DNA from: an uncultured virus (IMG/VR IMGVR_UViG_3300010412_000006)
Lineage: Duplodnaviria > Heunggongvirae > Uroviricota > Caudoviricetes
Virus record (IMG/VR): IMGVR_UViG_3300010412_000006
Direction: 5' to 3' (one strand)
Length of the DNA: 64,000 nt
The position numbers and the translations under genes are program-made. Each line of letters opens with the position of its first letter. Position 1 is the first letter of the stretch. This document shows positions 45,370 to 54,208 of the stretch, piece by piece. The notes under the pieces are model-generated. The model did no database searches. It saw only the letters and a program-made list of their open reading frames with translations, and had not been told where the DNA came from.

Positions 45370-46053
45370 ATGGCTCTTAGAGATGATTTTTTCCTAAACT
45401 CGAATCTGTCGAGCATAATATGGGACATGTCTCCCATAGTGATCGCCATGATAGACGAGGATGATAAGTTCCTGTACGTCAACAGGACGGGACAGTCGTT
45501 CTGGGAATACAGTGAGGCTGAGCTGAAGGCAAAGAAATGGCAGGACATCACGCATCCAGAGGACATCCCGGCCGATGTGACCATGAGGAAGCTCCTCAAG
45601 GAAGGAAAGCAGAAGAGCTACACCATGAGCAAGAGATACCTGACAAAGTCGGGACGGGTCGTATGGGGCAGCCTCACTGCATACGCATTCAACGAGACGG
45701 GAGGAAAGTTCATATGCTTCCTGACGCAGGTGGTGCCGATAGAGAAGAGGAATAATGATAATGTTGTGGTGTACAACCACGACGCCCGTGGTGCCGACAA
45801 GGACGGCCAGAAGACAAATGTCATAGGATACGTGCTGAAGCACTTCCCCAGCCTCCTGTCGTTGACCATGATGATATTTGGAAGCATATGGGTATTCTCA
45901 TCTGATCTCGGAGCGAGCAGACAGAAGGTGATCAGCATGGAGAGCGACATAAGGAAACTCGACGAGTCGTTCAAGGAAACAAAGAAGCACCTTGACGAAA
46001 TAACAAGAATTCTCATAGAAATGAAAAAAGAGCAACAGGGGAAAGGTAAATGA
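45370..46053 (+). CDS. PAS domain protein with a single TM helix and coiled-coil tail
   Basis: FLYVN...WEYSEAEL...WQDITHPED...KRYLTKSGRVVW (PAS/PAC); hydrophobic SLLSLTMMIFGSIWVF. Confidence 0.85.
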   Translation: MALRDDFFLNSNLSSIIWDMSPIVIAMIDEDDKFLYVNRTGQSFWEYSEAELKAKKWQDITHPEDIPADVTMRKLLKEGKQKSYTMSKRYLTKSGRVVWGSLTAYAFNETGGKFICFLTQVVPIEKRNNDNVVVYNHDARGADKDGQKTNVIGYVLKHFPSLLSLTMMIFGSIWVFSSDLGASRQKVISMESDIRKLDESFKETKKHLDEITRILIEMKKEQQGKGK

Positions 46054-46289
46054 AAAATAATGTAGACAGCATATTGGGCAAGGCTATAAGGGAAAACATG
46101 AAGAAGGCCGCGGTCGAGTCGCAGACGGCAAGCGGGAAGTCTCCGTTCGTCGACATATCGAAAAGCCTGAAGAACATACGTATGAGCCTCGCACACGCAA
46201 AGCTCGGAAGCAATTCCGCCATAGGCAAAATTGAATCCGAGCTCGATGCTATCGAAGGCGCTGTTAACGAAATAAAGATTCTCAGCTAG
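46050..46289 (+). CDS. Hypothetical protein
   Basis: 79 aa; ATGA overlap. Confidence 0.6.
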   Translation: MKNNVDSILGKAIRENMKKAAVESQTASGKSPFVDISKSLKNIRMSLAHAKLGSNSAIGKIESELDAIEGAVNEIKILS

Positions 46290-47382
46290 GCTGCATTATA
46301 TTCTGCTTTGTCTTAAGCCATGCGAGAACGAGGTTTTCGTTGTTGTCTTCAGATTCAACGAACTTCCTGAAGACCTTCTTTATTCCATCGACGAACAGGT
46401 TCACTGACCTTATCCTGGATTCGAACATGCTGTGTATGTCCAGATCCTTCTCTTCGTTCTCGATGGAAAGCTTCTTGAAAAACAGTTCCTTGTCCACGGT
46501 CGCCTTATAGGCGTCTCCTCCGAACGAGATGCTTATCTCGGCGGACCTGACTTTTTTGCCTGAAAGCATGGCCGACAAGGCTTCGTCACATATCGATGGA
46601 GTGCCGTCCTTCAAGGATGTCACCTTCGATCCAGAACTGCACTCCCTGCAGTCTTCGAACTCTATGTTGCCGCTGAATGAAAGCTTGACGTCGTCGAAGA
46701 AGTCTTCGACTTCCGAGGCCATGTAGAGATATGTGAGAAAATCGTTGCCGATGTCGTTGGTACAGGCGAAATTGTTCATGTCGAAAGGAATGTACTCCTC
46801 TTCGGCACCTTTGATCTCAGCGTACATCCTGTATGGAGACATTCTTCCTACGCAACTGGAATTTCCGTAAGCCCCGGTCTCTATGCTGGTAATAATCTGT
46901 TCGATGACGACATCGTCGACTTTCCTTTCGGACGTAGCGTCGACAAACATCCTTTTTCCGTCGGGGGCTATGACGCATCGTATTCCGGAAACTTTTTCAA
47001 CGGCATCGACCGAAAGGGCATCGATGAGGCTTTCCTTGATGGCCTTTTTCTGTTTCGACGAGACGGACCCCGTCTCTCTAATGAGGTCGAAGACCTTTCT
47101 TTCGACGAGCTCCTTTAGCCTTCCGGAGTCTATCTTAAGCTCCTTCACCCTTACGGCAAAGTAAGGGAGTCCTCCAAGCTCGAAATCCTGCTGTTCTGGC
47201 TCGTCTCCATCTTCCAGTGGAGCGAGGGATATGCCGCTCGTGAAGTCGCATACCGGCTCTTCGATTGACGGCCTTGAATTCGAGTAGCTTTCGCTCACGA
47301 TGTTGTCCATGAACTTCTCTTTGTCTATTCCGTTGTCGAACTCGACGACGGATACATTCATATTTCCCTTTTCGAAACTCAT
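46282..47382 (-). CDS. RdgC-like recombination-associated DNA-binding protein
   Basis: YFAVRVKELKID...L...VSSKQKKAIKESL, MFVDATS, GNDFLTYLY, EALSAMLSGKKVRSA pattern. Confidence 0.6.
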   Translation of the reverse strand: MSFEKGNMNVSVVEFDNGIDKEKFMDNIVSESYSNSRPSIEEPVCDFTSGISLAPLEDGDEPEQQDFELGGLPYFAVRVKELKIDSGRLKELVERKVFDLIRETGSVSSKQKKAIKESLIDALSVDAVEKVSGIRCVIAPDGKRMFVDATSERKVDDVVIEQIITSIETGAYGNSSCVGRMSPYRMYAEIKGAEEEYIPFDMNNFACTNDIGNDFLTYLYMASEVEDFFDDVKLSFSGNIEFEDCRECSSGSKVTSLKDGTPSICDEALSAMLSGKKVRSAEISISFGGDAYKATVDKELFFKKLSIENEEKDLDIHSMFESRIRSVNLFVDGIKKVFRKFVESEDNNENLVLAWLKTKQNIMQPS

Positions 47383-47421
47383 TGCTGTGCTCCTTATTTT
47401 GTTTCAATTTCTGATGCATAC

Positions 47422-47449
47422 AATATACCCTCATCAATCGATCTATCAA
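47422..47449 (-). promoter_or_regulatory. Sigma70-like promoter for the RdgC-like gene
   Basis: Minus strand TTGATA-16 nt-TATATT; ends GGG-TATATT like the vWA promoter. Confidence 0.5.
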
Positions 47450-47487
47450 GCCGTTCGGGATCATTTTTTGGCGTTCATCAAAACAGG

Positions 47488-47570
47488 TGCGAGTTAAGGG
47501 TAAAAATACCCCTAACTATGCGAGTTAAGGGTAGAAATTACCCCTAACTTGACAGTTAAGGGTAGTAATC
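47488..47570. repeat. Five 11-bp boxes in alternating orientation (AGTTAAGGGTA / TACCCCTAACT), ~31-bp period
   Basis: AGTTAAGGGTA at 47492, 47523 and 47554; TACCCCTAACT at 47507 and 47539. Confidence 0.9.
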
Positions 47571-47760
47571 TATATAAAGTCTTTGATGCAGTTTGTGTCA
47601 TAAGTATTTCAATTTGAATATCTTATGAGTTGAAAAAGAATTTTTTCCTGTCTGAAAACAGTCCCCCCTATTATATATATTATTATATTATATTCTTAAA
47701 GCTTGTATAAACTTAAAAAATTTATAAAGCTTGTTAAGCTTTACGCGCACGCGCGCGAGA
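47488..47760. other. Candidate replication origin
   Basis: Iteron-like palindromes, a very AT-rich tract and further inverted repeats in the longest non-coding gap, between divergent genes. Confidence 0.45.
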
Positions 47761-47857
47761 AGCCGGTCGACGCGTTTTCCGTCACTGTCTTTCGTGTTTC
47801 GGTTTATGTTGTACAATGTGATTACTGCAAAAAGCATTTTATTCAGGAGAACTCTTC

Positions 47858-48271
47858 ATGAGCGATTTAGGAGAAAGACTTCTTAAGTATATAATATCTG
47901 TCGAGAAGGACAGCATGGAAATAAGGTTTCAGCAAATGGACAATACGGGGCAGGTGTCTTTCGTGTTTTCCACGTCCGACATATCCGACGACGATCTCAG
48001 GAAGGAGGTTGAAAGAAGCGGCGAAAACATACTCGGCGACGTCACCCCCTTCTACGTCAGCATGATAGGCCAGATGATAGTGAGGAAGAACATGTCTGCC
48101 TTTTTCGACTTTTACAAGAACATGAGCGACGATGACTACGAATCCAAGCTGACGACGATGGAGTACGTAAGCTTCGGCATGGGGTGCAAGAACGGCTACG
48201 TGAGCATGGTCTTCCACTGCAGTCTCCTGTACAACGTCTTCATGGCCCTGCTGGGAAATTCAAAAAAATAA
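47858..48271 (+). CDS. Hypothetical protein
   Basis: 137 aa; AGGAG RBS. Confidence 0.65.
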   Translation: MSDLGERLLKYIISVEKDSMEIRFQQMDNTGQVSFVFSTSDISDDDLRKEVERSGENILGDVTPFYVSMIGQMIVRKNMSAFFDFYKNMSDDDYESKLTTMEYVSFGMGCKNGYVSMVFHCSLLYNVFMALLGNSKK

Positions 48272-48288
48272 GATAAGGAGAAAGATAC

Positions 48289-49488
48289 ATGGCTTCATTC
48301 AAAAGAATACGGATGCACGCGCTCAGGCTCAGGAACTTCAAGTCGTACGAGGACTACGAGGTAAGGTTCACAGAGGGCAATTCGGTACAGAGGGTAATCG
48401 GCCTTTTCGGACCGAACGGGACCGGAAAATCGACCATGCTCGACGCCATAGGCATGTTGTTCAGTAACTACTGCGGATCCGACAGGGAGAGAATAATGAC
48501 CTCGCTCAAGAAATACGTCAGGAACGTCGAGAACATGGACGTCGCCGGGTGCGCCAACGAGGAAAGGGACGGATTTGAGGCGGTTGGCGGCGAAACGTTC
48601 GTGATAGAGGGCGATTTCATAGTCGAGGACGGGACTTCTTACACCGTCAAGGTCAGCAACGACCCGTCGTACTTCAAGTGGTCGAACGGAAGCCAGGACG
48701 GAACTGCCGCAGACCCTACCGAGAGACCTCTCGTGTCTGGCTTGGTTCACGATCATCCTCCGGCGATAAAGAGAACGCTCACCAACCAGTGCTATACCAC
48801 ATCTTACGACAAGGAACTGAATAAGTTCCAGCTGAGGAAGGATAGGTGGTCGGTTTTCAAGAGGCTATTTGAGGCGGTCACGGGATTTCCTGTGGAGAAG
48901 GTAGACAGCGAGTTCGACGAGGAGACCAAGGCAAGCAGCCAGGACGTCGCCTCAATGGCGTATCTCGATGACTATGTGCTAGGGATAAGGATAAGCAAGC
49001 CGTTCGAGACGATAACCGAGCGGCAGTGCAGTGACGGCGAGAAGAAGATAATAAAGAATTTCACCACGCTTTTGAACAAGGAGTGCGTGCCGTCAATGAT
49101 ACTCATAGACAACATCGAGATGCATGTCGAGGTCGACAGGCACATGACGCTCCTTGAGTGCGTGAGGGCGTGTTTCCCCGACTCTCAGATAGTGTATACG
49201 ACACACAGCGAGAGAATCATCTCGGAGGCCAATCTCAACGAGCTCATTTCCCTGGTGAACAAGAACATACCGAGGTCACAGACATGGCGTCAGAGCATAC
49301 TCAGGGTGCTGAAGGGGTTCCGGATATCTTTCCGCGACAAGGAAAGCCAATCGATGTGCGGTTCTCTCAGCGCCAGGTTGATTGACGAGAACTTTGACGA
49401 CATCGACGGCGCCAAAAGGCTCCTTGCCGAGATCGTTTCACATGGATCTTCGGTACTTGAAGAGGAAATTGAGACAATTGGAAAATGA
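48289..49488 (+). CDS. ABC/SMC-type ATPase (AAA_21/AAA_23-like)
   Basis: LRNFKSY; Walker A GPNGTGKST; signature CSDGEKK; Walker B ILIDNIE; H-loop YTTHS. Confidence 0.85.
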   Translation: MASFKRIRMHALRLRNFKSYEDYEVRFTEGNSVQRVIGLFGPNGTGKSTMLDAIGMLFSNYCGSDRERIMTSLKKYVRNVENMDVAGCANEERDGFEAVGGETFVIEGDFIVEDGTSYTVKVSNDPSYFKWSNGSQDGTAADPTERPLVSGLVHDHPPAIKRTLTNQCYTTSYDKELNKFQLRKDRWSVFKRLFEAVTGFPVEKVDSEFDEETKASSQDVASMAYLDDYVLGIRISKPFETITERQCSDGEKKIIKNFTTLLNKECVPSMILIDNIEMHVEVDRHMTLLECVRACFPDSQIVYTTHSERIISEANLNELISLVNKNIPRSQTWRQSILRVLKGFRISFRDKESQSMCGSLSARLIDENFDDIDGAKRLLAEIVSHGSSVLEEEIETIGK

Positions 49489-50074
49489 CTTCATAGTATG
49501 CGTATTTGACGCCGGCGGAGATTGGTGCACGAGAGAGTGCATAGCGTCATTTCTGCCGATATCGTCCGACGTCAGGTTCTGCACGACATCTGATCGAGAT
49601 TCAGATGTCGTCATCGAGATGAGGAAGACCAAGAGAGACATTCCGACGCTGTTCTTCGATTGCTATGAGAGCATGGTGTATACCATGGCTGCCAAGAACA
49701 GATGGGTGATGTTCGTGGGATCGAATGAGGTGTTCCACCACGAGTGCTACAGTTTCATGTGGAATCTCATGGAATACCTCGACGACTGGCACGGAATGAT
49801 GATGACGGTATTTGACGCGTCCACGGGCGAGAGTTCGGAGGAATTACGCCTACTCTCTCCGAGAATGATGCGCGGCGAATTTTTTGACGGAAAGTGTTTC
49901 ACGGCACCGCCGTCTATGAGCGTTATAAGGTCCCACTGTCTTCCGAGGCCTATGTGGAAGCTCTCGAACGGATCGATCGTCGGGCATGACCACCCCGCCG
50001 CCTTGCGGCACATGGTGGGAAGGACGGTATATTCGGACGTGTACATACGAAAGCAGTTTTATGACGAGTTGTAA
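49478..50074 (+). CDS. Hypothetical protein, possibly a degenerate GT2-like fold
   Basis: Lies in the GT cluster; IVCVF...ECIASFL and NRWVMFVGSNEVF echo GT2 motifs without an intact DxD; start uncertain (49442 or 49478). Confidence 0.45.
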   Translation: MENDFIVCVFDAGGDWCTRECIASFLPISSDVRFCTTSDRDSDVVIEMRKTKRDIPTLFFDCYESMVYTMAAKNRWVMFVGSNEVFHHECYSFMWNLMEYLDDWHGMMMTVFDASTGESSEELRLLSPRMMRGEFFDGKCFTAPPSMSVIRSHCLPRPMWKLSNGSIVGHDHPAALRHMVGRTVYSDVYIRKQFYDEL

Positions 50075-50098
50075 GAATATGATAAATGGAGGTTTGCA

Positions 50099-50899
50099 AT
50101 GAGCCGAAAATCAGGGATATCAGTATGTTTCATAATAAAGAACGGAATAAGCCAGGGGTATCCTTTCTGGGAATCCCTTGAGTCGTGTTTGGATTTTGCC
50201 GACGAAATCGTGATAAGCGAGGGGAATTCTACGGACGGGACTGCCGAGTGCATCAAGAAGTTCATCAGCAAGCATTCCGGAAAGGTCAGGTTCCGAATCT
50301 ACACTGACGAATGGAGCGAATTCGACACGACGCACGGTGAAGTGATCGCCAAGGTCACCGAAAAGAACATGCGTCGCTGCGAGTATGAGTGGATATACTA
50401 TCTTCAGGCGGATGAGATTCTGCACCCGATGAACAGCGATTTCGTGAGAAGCGTCGCAACGGGAAACGAAGGGTACAATTCCGTCGCTTTCCAGTTCTAT
50501 CACTTCATAAACTCGTGGACACCGGTCCCACTTGGGCAGGCGGCCTACGACTATGCGATAAGGATGGTGAGGAACAGGCCCGACATAAAGCCGGAAGGTG
50601 ACGCGTGGACGTTTTGCGGCAGGATTGAGCCGACATGCCAGCCTGGCATTGTTCCGAAGCCCATATATCATCTCGGCTGGGTATTTCCCAAGAATATCGA
50701 CATAAAGCACATCGGCCACGCCGAATTGTATCCCGGCATGAAGGAGTATGCCGAGTGTGCCGATACCGCCAAGATACGGATAAACGCAAAAAGCATATAT
50801 ATGCCAATACCGAAGTCTTCCACGTTCAACGACTATCCGAAATCGATAGAGCGTTTGTTCGGCATGATCCAGTACGAACTTCCAGATGAGGCGAAATGA
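50099..50899 (+). CDS. Glycosyltransferase family 2
   Basis: ISVCFIIKNG..QGYPFWES, EGNSTDGT, YLQADEILH. Confidence 0.85.
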   Translation: MSRKSGISVCFIIKNGISQGYPFWESLESCLDFADEIVISEGNSTDGTAECIKKFISKHSGKVRFRIYTDEWSEFDTTHGEVIAKVTEKNMRRCEYEWIYYLQADEILHPMNSDFVRSVATGNEGYNSVAFQFYHFINSWTPVPLGQAAYDYAIRMVRNRPDIKPEGDAWTFCGRIEPTCQPGIVPKPIYHLGWVFPKNIDIKHIGHAELYPGMKEYAECADTAKIRINAKSIYMPIPKSSTFNDYPKSIERLFGMIQYELPDEAK

Positions 50900-51606
50900 T
50901 GTACAGCGTCGTCATATGCAGCTACAACAAGCTGATCTACCTGAAGCGTGTCATGAAGGCGATTACCTCAATCGGCCGCGATATAGAGTTCGTACTTTCC
51001 GACGACGGATCTACGGACGGTACTGTCGAGTGGGCCAATGCGTCTCGTCTATTCAGCGCGATATCCGTAAATGACTCCAGTGGAAAGTACGAGCTGTGCA
51101 CAGTCAGGAACAACGGAATTCACCTTGCCAGCAGGGAAAGGGTGGTCCTCCTTGATGCGGACTGTGCTCCGGAGCCGTCCTACTTCGACGGCCATGACGA
51201 GATATACGGGATGTTTCCCGGAGGCATATCTGTAGGTTACACCGACTATTACGATGAGGTTGGAAACAGGCTGTTGCACAAGGACCACAGGCGCGGATTG
51301 CTGAATAAGGAAGAAAAGCCCATATGCCCGATAGAGTGGATGGGGGCCTACGGAGGAAATATCTCGTTTCCGAAGTCCCTGTGGAATGACCTTGGTGGAT
51401 TCGACGAGATATACAACGGAGCGTGGGGTCTTGAAGATGCCGACTTTGCATACATGGCACATAGCAGGGGCGTTCCGATAAACGCCAGCATGAAGTGTGT
51501 AGCGAGGCACATGTACCATCCTCCTACTGGGACCCTTGACATGAGGGAGGGAAGAGGGCCTAATACTTTGAAGTTCAAAAACAAGCATGGATTTTCACCG
51601 TGCTGA
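50896..51606 (+). CDS. Glycosyltransferase family 2
   Basis: SVVICSYN, SDDGSTDGT, LLDADC, GGFDE..GAWGLEDADF. Confidence 0.9.
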   Translation: MMYSVVICSYNKLIYLKRVMKAITSIGRDIEFVLSDDGSTDGTVEWANASRLFSAISVNDSSGKYELCTVRNNGIHLASRERVVLLDADCAPEPSYFDGHDEIYGMFPGGISVGYTDYYDEVGNRLLHKDHRRGLLNKEEKPICPIEWMGAYGGNISFPKSLWNDLGGFDEIYNGAWGLEDADFAYMAHSRGVPINASMKCVARHMYHPPTGTLDMREGRGPNTLKFKNKHGFSPC

Positions 51607-51619
51607 CCGGGGGTCTTGA

Positions 51620-52099
51620 GTGGCATACTCGAAAAACGATGTCGCTGGTTTCGGTAAGCTTATAAAGAGCATTGTCGGCAATGCGGATAGGTTTCTTCAT
51701 GTCGGCACGCCTGACATGGAGCTCATCAGGTCGGTCATGTATTCGATACCAGAGGCTGAGATACACGTCTCGAACTTCTCTGGGGAATTGCCTGAGGGGA
51801 TAACTAATGTCGGCGACATGTCGGATCTCTACGACTCCGTTGAATACGACGTAGTAAGCATACCGATAGCTTCCGATTTCTTCTCGACGGCGATATACTA
51901 TTCGGTAGAGTCGATACTGAGGGAAGGAGGCATAGTGGCCATATACGGCGATTCCAGCCATATGCCGTCGAGGAACTCCCTCATAGTCGCGATGATTAGG
52001 GAGGGTACCATATCGCCGTTCTCATTCTCTTCTTTTTCGAGCAGCCGTGGGCTGATGATATTCGTTCTTTCGAACAATGTCCTTGTGAGGAATCTTTAG
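51620..52099 (+). CDS. Hypothetical protein, possibly a degenerate methyltransferase fold
   Basis: RFLHVG...YDVVSI...LREGGIVAI. Confidence 0.45.
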   Translation: MAYSKNDVAGFGKLIKSIVGNADRFLHVGTPDMELIRSVMYSIPEAEIHVSNFSGELPEGITNVGDMSDLYDSVEYDVVSIPIASDFFSTAIYYSVESILREGGIVAIYGDSSHMPSRNSLIVAMIREGTISPFSFSSFSSSRGLMIFVLSNNVLVRNL

Positions 52100-52100
52100 C

Positions 52101-52904
52101 GTGAAAGAGATTGTCCATGTTTTTGGGAGGGGAGGTGACATAGTCATGTCGATGACGGCTCTCGGGCTCGTGTCGTGCGTCTCCGGAGAAAGTCCGTGCC
52201 TTTCCGTTCATCCCGATTATCTGGAAGTGGCCAACTGCATGATGGAAATAGGCATGCCGATATCAGATGTGGTTCCGTCGCCCATGAGACCGACCATGTC
52301 TGACATGGCGGTTTTCGGATCTTCCGTCTCAAGGATGTCCGATGCGGCCCTGGATCATTTCATGCCAGGATATTCGAAGCACTATAATTGCTGTCTCGGG
52401 AATGTTCCGCGCGGCATCCCCATACCGTGTGTCATGTGCTATTCAACCGGTCTCATGTCTTCCGTCGGAATGCTCCAGTACCCGAAGGCGATTCTGAAAT
52501 TAGAAAGATCGTCTAAGGACGATTTCGTTGTCTATCATTTCGGAGGCTCGAGAGTCGGAAAGTCGGTACACATGCCGTCCGCTCCATACGACGGATTCGG
52601 ATCGATCGCAGTGGGATCGAAGACGGACCCATGTCCGGGATGGATCGACACCGACATGAGAGGGGCGTCTCTGATTGAGGTCGCGTCGGTGCTGTCGCGT
52701 TCTATGGCGTGCGTCGGTTCCGACAGCCTCATCACCAATCTGTCGTCCCTCATCGGCGTGCCGACAGTCAGCATTCACGACTGCATGGATTCGCTACTCG
52801 CGTCGAACAGGTCGGTATACGGGGATCATGCCTGCAGCGTTCTCCCCAAAAGAGGAGAGGACATTCGGTTGATTGTAATAGATAGATTAGCGAGGTTTTT
52901 TTAG
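52101..52904 (+). CDS. GT9 (heptosyltransferase-like) glycosyltransferase, divergent
   Basis: GGDIVMSMTAL; DMRGASLIEVASVLSRSMACVGSDS...LIGVPTVSIH. Confidence 0.7.
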   Translation: MKEIVHVFGRGGDIVMSMTALGLVSCVSGESPCLSVHPDYLEVANCMMEIGMPISDVVPSPMRPTMSDMAVFGSSVSRMSDAALDHFMPGYSKHYNCCLGNVPRGIPIPCVMCYSTGLMSSVGMLQYPKAILKLERSSKDDFVVYHFGGSRVGKSVHMPSAPYDGFGSIAVGSKTDPCPGWIDTDMRGASLIEVASVLSRSMACVGSDSLITNLSSLIGVPTVSIHDCMDSLLASNRSVYGDHACSVLPKRGEDIRLIVIDRLARFF

Positions 52905-52906
52905 TC

Positions 52907-54202
52907 ATGAGTTCAAAAATGATATATTCTAAGTGTTTTAAGGTCGGCGACAGGTATGCGTTCTCAACCCATGTCGGCGATGACGTCGTGTTCACTTCGA
53001 ACGAGCCTAACATCTTCTTCTTCGGAAGCTACGGAACATATGGAAGTCCGGCCGAGGCGAAACGGGCGTCTTCAGATATGCTGTTTAGGAACTCTCCTGT
53101 TCTCGTCAGGCTGTCCCAGAGCAGCCGGAGTTCGATAAAGTCGCTGCTCATCGACAAGTACATGAAGACCGTCGAGTTCCTGAATGGCATATATCAGGAT
53201 ATAATCGACGACTACAGCGACGATTCGTACAACAATCTTGACAGGACGGTCCCGATACTCGACAGCATACTCGAGGATACTGCCGGAGAAGGAAAGCAGC
53301 TTGATCTCGTGGTCAACCAGATGGAGGAGTCTGTTAGCGGCGACTATGAGCCTCCGGAGAACGGAACGGTCAACGAGAGTGAGATAAGCAGTGATGAGGC
53401 GAAACAGATACTCAAGATGAGGGACTGGATGAGGTATCTCATGAGCACGTTGGAAAAGAACTTTCCCCAGTTCTTGAAGGCCGTTTCGAAAAACTCCATG
53501 ATCAAGGAGGCATCGTCATCGTTCGACATCGGAGACCTCATTAACGAAGTCGCCATGAACTATTGCGACAGGGCATGCAGATCGTGCGGCATGGGGACGC
53601 CGAGAATAGAGTCGGCAAAGGACCTCTGCGGCGATCTCGGGCTGATGTGTCGCGGCAACGACGGCAGGCGCGTCATGGTCGTTGTCGGCACGGACCTGAG
53701 CTACAGGGGCATGATGCCTCTTTCCGGAGGCCCCAGTCACGGGTCGATGGCACACTTCACCGAAATGCTTCTTCCGTCCATGAACGCAGTCGGGCACATG
53801 AGGCCAATCGGACACGATTTCTTGATGGTTCCGAGTCAGAAGAACGCAAGCGGTCCAGACTGCTTCGACGGATTTGACGCGGGAAGCATGGAACCGATCG
53901 TCATCAGGGTTAAGCAGGTCGGCGGAAAAAGGACGAAGAACGCCAGCTGTTCATACTGCAGGGAAAGAATAAGCTCCGCCTCTTCTGAACAGTCGATAAA
54001 GAACGCCAACGACATATCGAACGCATCTCTCGTCGAGATAGTCATACCGAATTCGAAATACGAAGGAATGGCAGGGACCGTTGACCCTTCGAAGATACTC
54101 TTCAGGAACGACCACATAGAGTTTCCGGTGTCTCTCGAATACGATACGGGAGAGAAGATCGAGCTGTGGGTCACCGATGAAGACGTCAAAATATACAAGT
54201 AG
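52907..54202 (+). CDS. Hypothetical protein upstream of terminase
   Basis: 431 aa; RLSQ, KEAS and KNAS motifs. Confidence 0.7.
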   Translation: MSSKMIYSKCFKVGDRYAFSTHVGDDVVFTSNEPNIFFFGSYGTYGSPAEAKRASSDMLFRNSPVLVRLSQSSRSSIKSLLIDKYMKTVEFLNGIYQDIIDDYSDDSYNNLDRTVPILDSILEDTAGEGKQLDLVVNQMEESVSGDYEPPENGTVNESEISSDEAKQILKMRDWMRYLMSTLEKNFPQFLKAVSKNSMIKEASSSFDIGDLINEVAMNYCDRACRSCGMGTPRIESAKDLCGDLGLMCRGNDGRRVMVVVGTDLSYRGMMPLSGGPSHGSMAHFTEMLLPSMNAVGHMRPIGHDFLMVPSQKNASGPDCFDGFDAGSMEPIVIRVKQVGGKRTKNASCSYCRERISSASSEQSIKNANDISNASLVEIVIPNSKYEGMAGTVDPSKILFRNDHIEFPVSLEYDTGEKIELWVTDEDVKIYK

Positions 54203-54208
54203 GCCAAC

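Noticed and set aside
47488..47570. Mini-CRISPR or telomere-like (CCCTAA) repeat
   Set aside because: No spacers and no cas genes; CCCTAA is not tandem and is only part of an 11-bp box
48289..49488. ATPase as part of a known defence system (Septu, Gabija, PARIS) or SbcCD
   Set aside because: No HNH, TOPRIM, helicase or phosphoesterase partner adjacent
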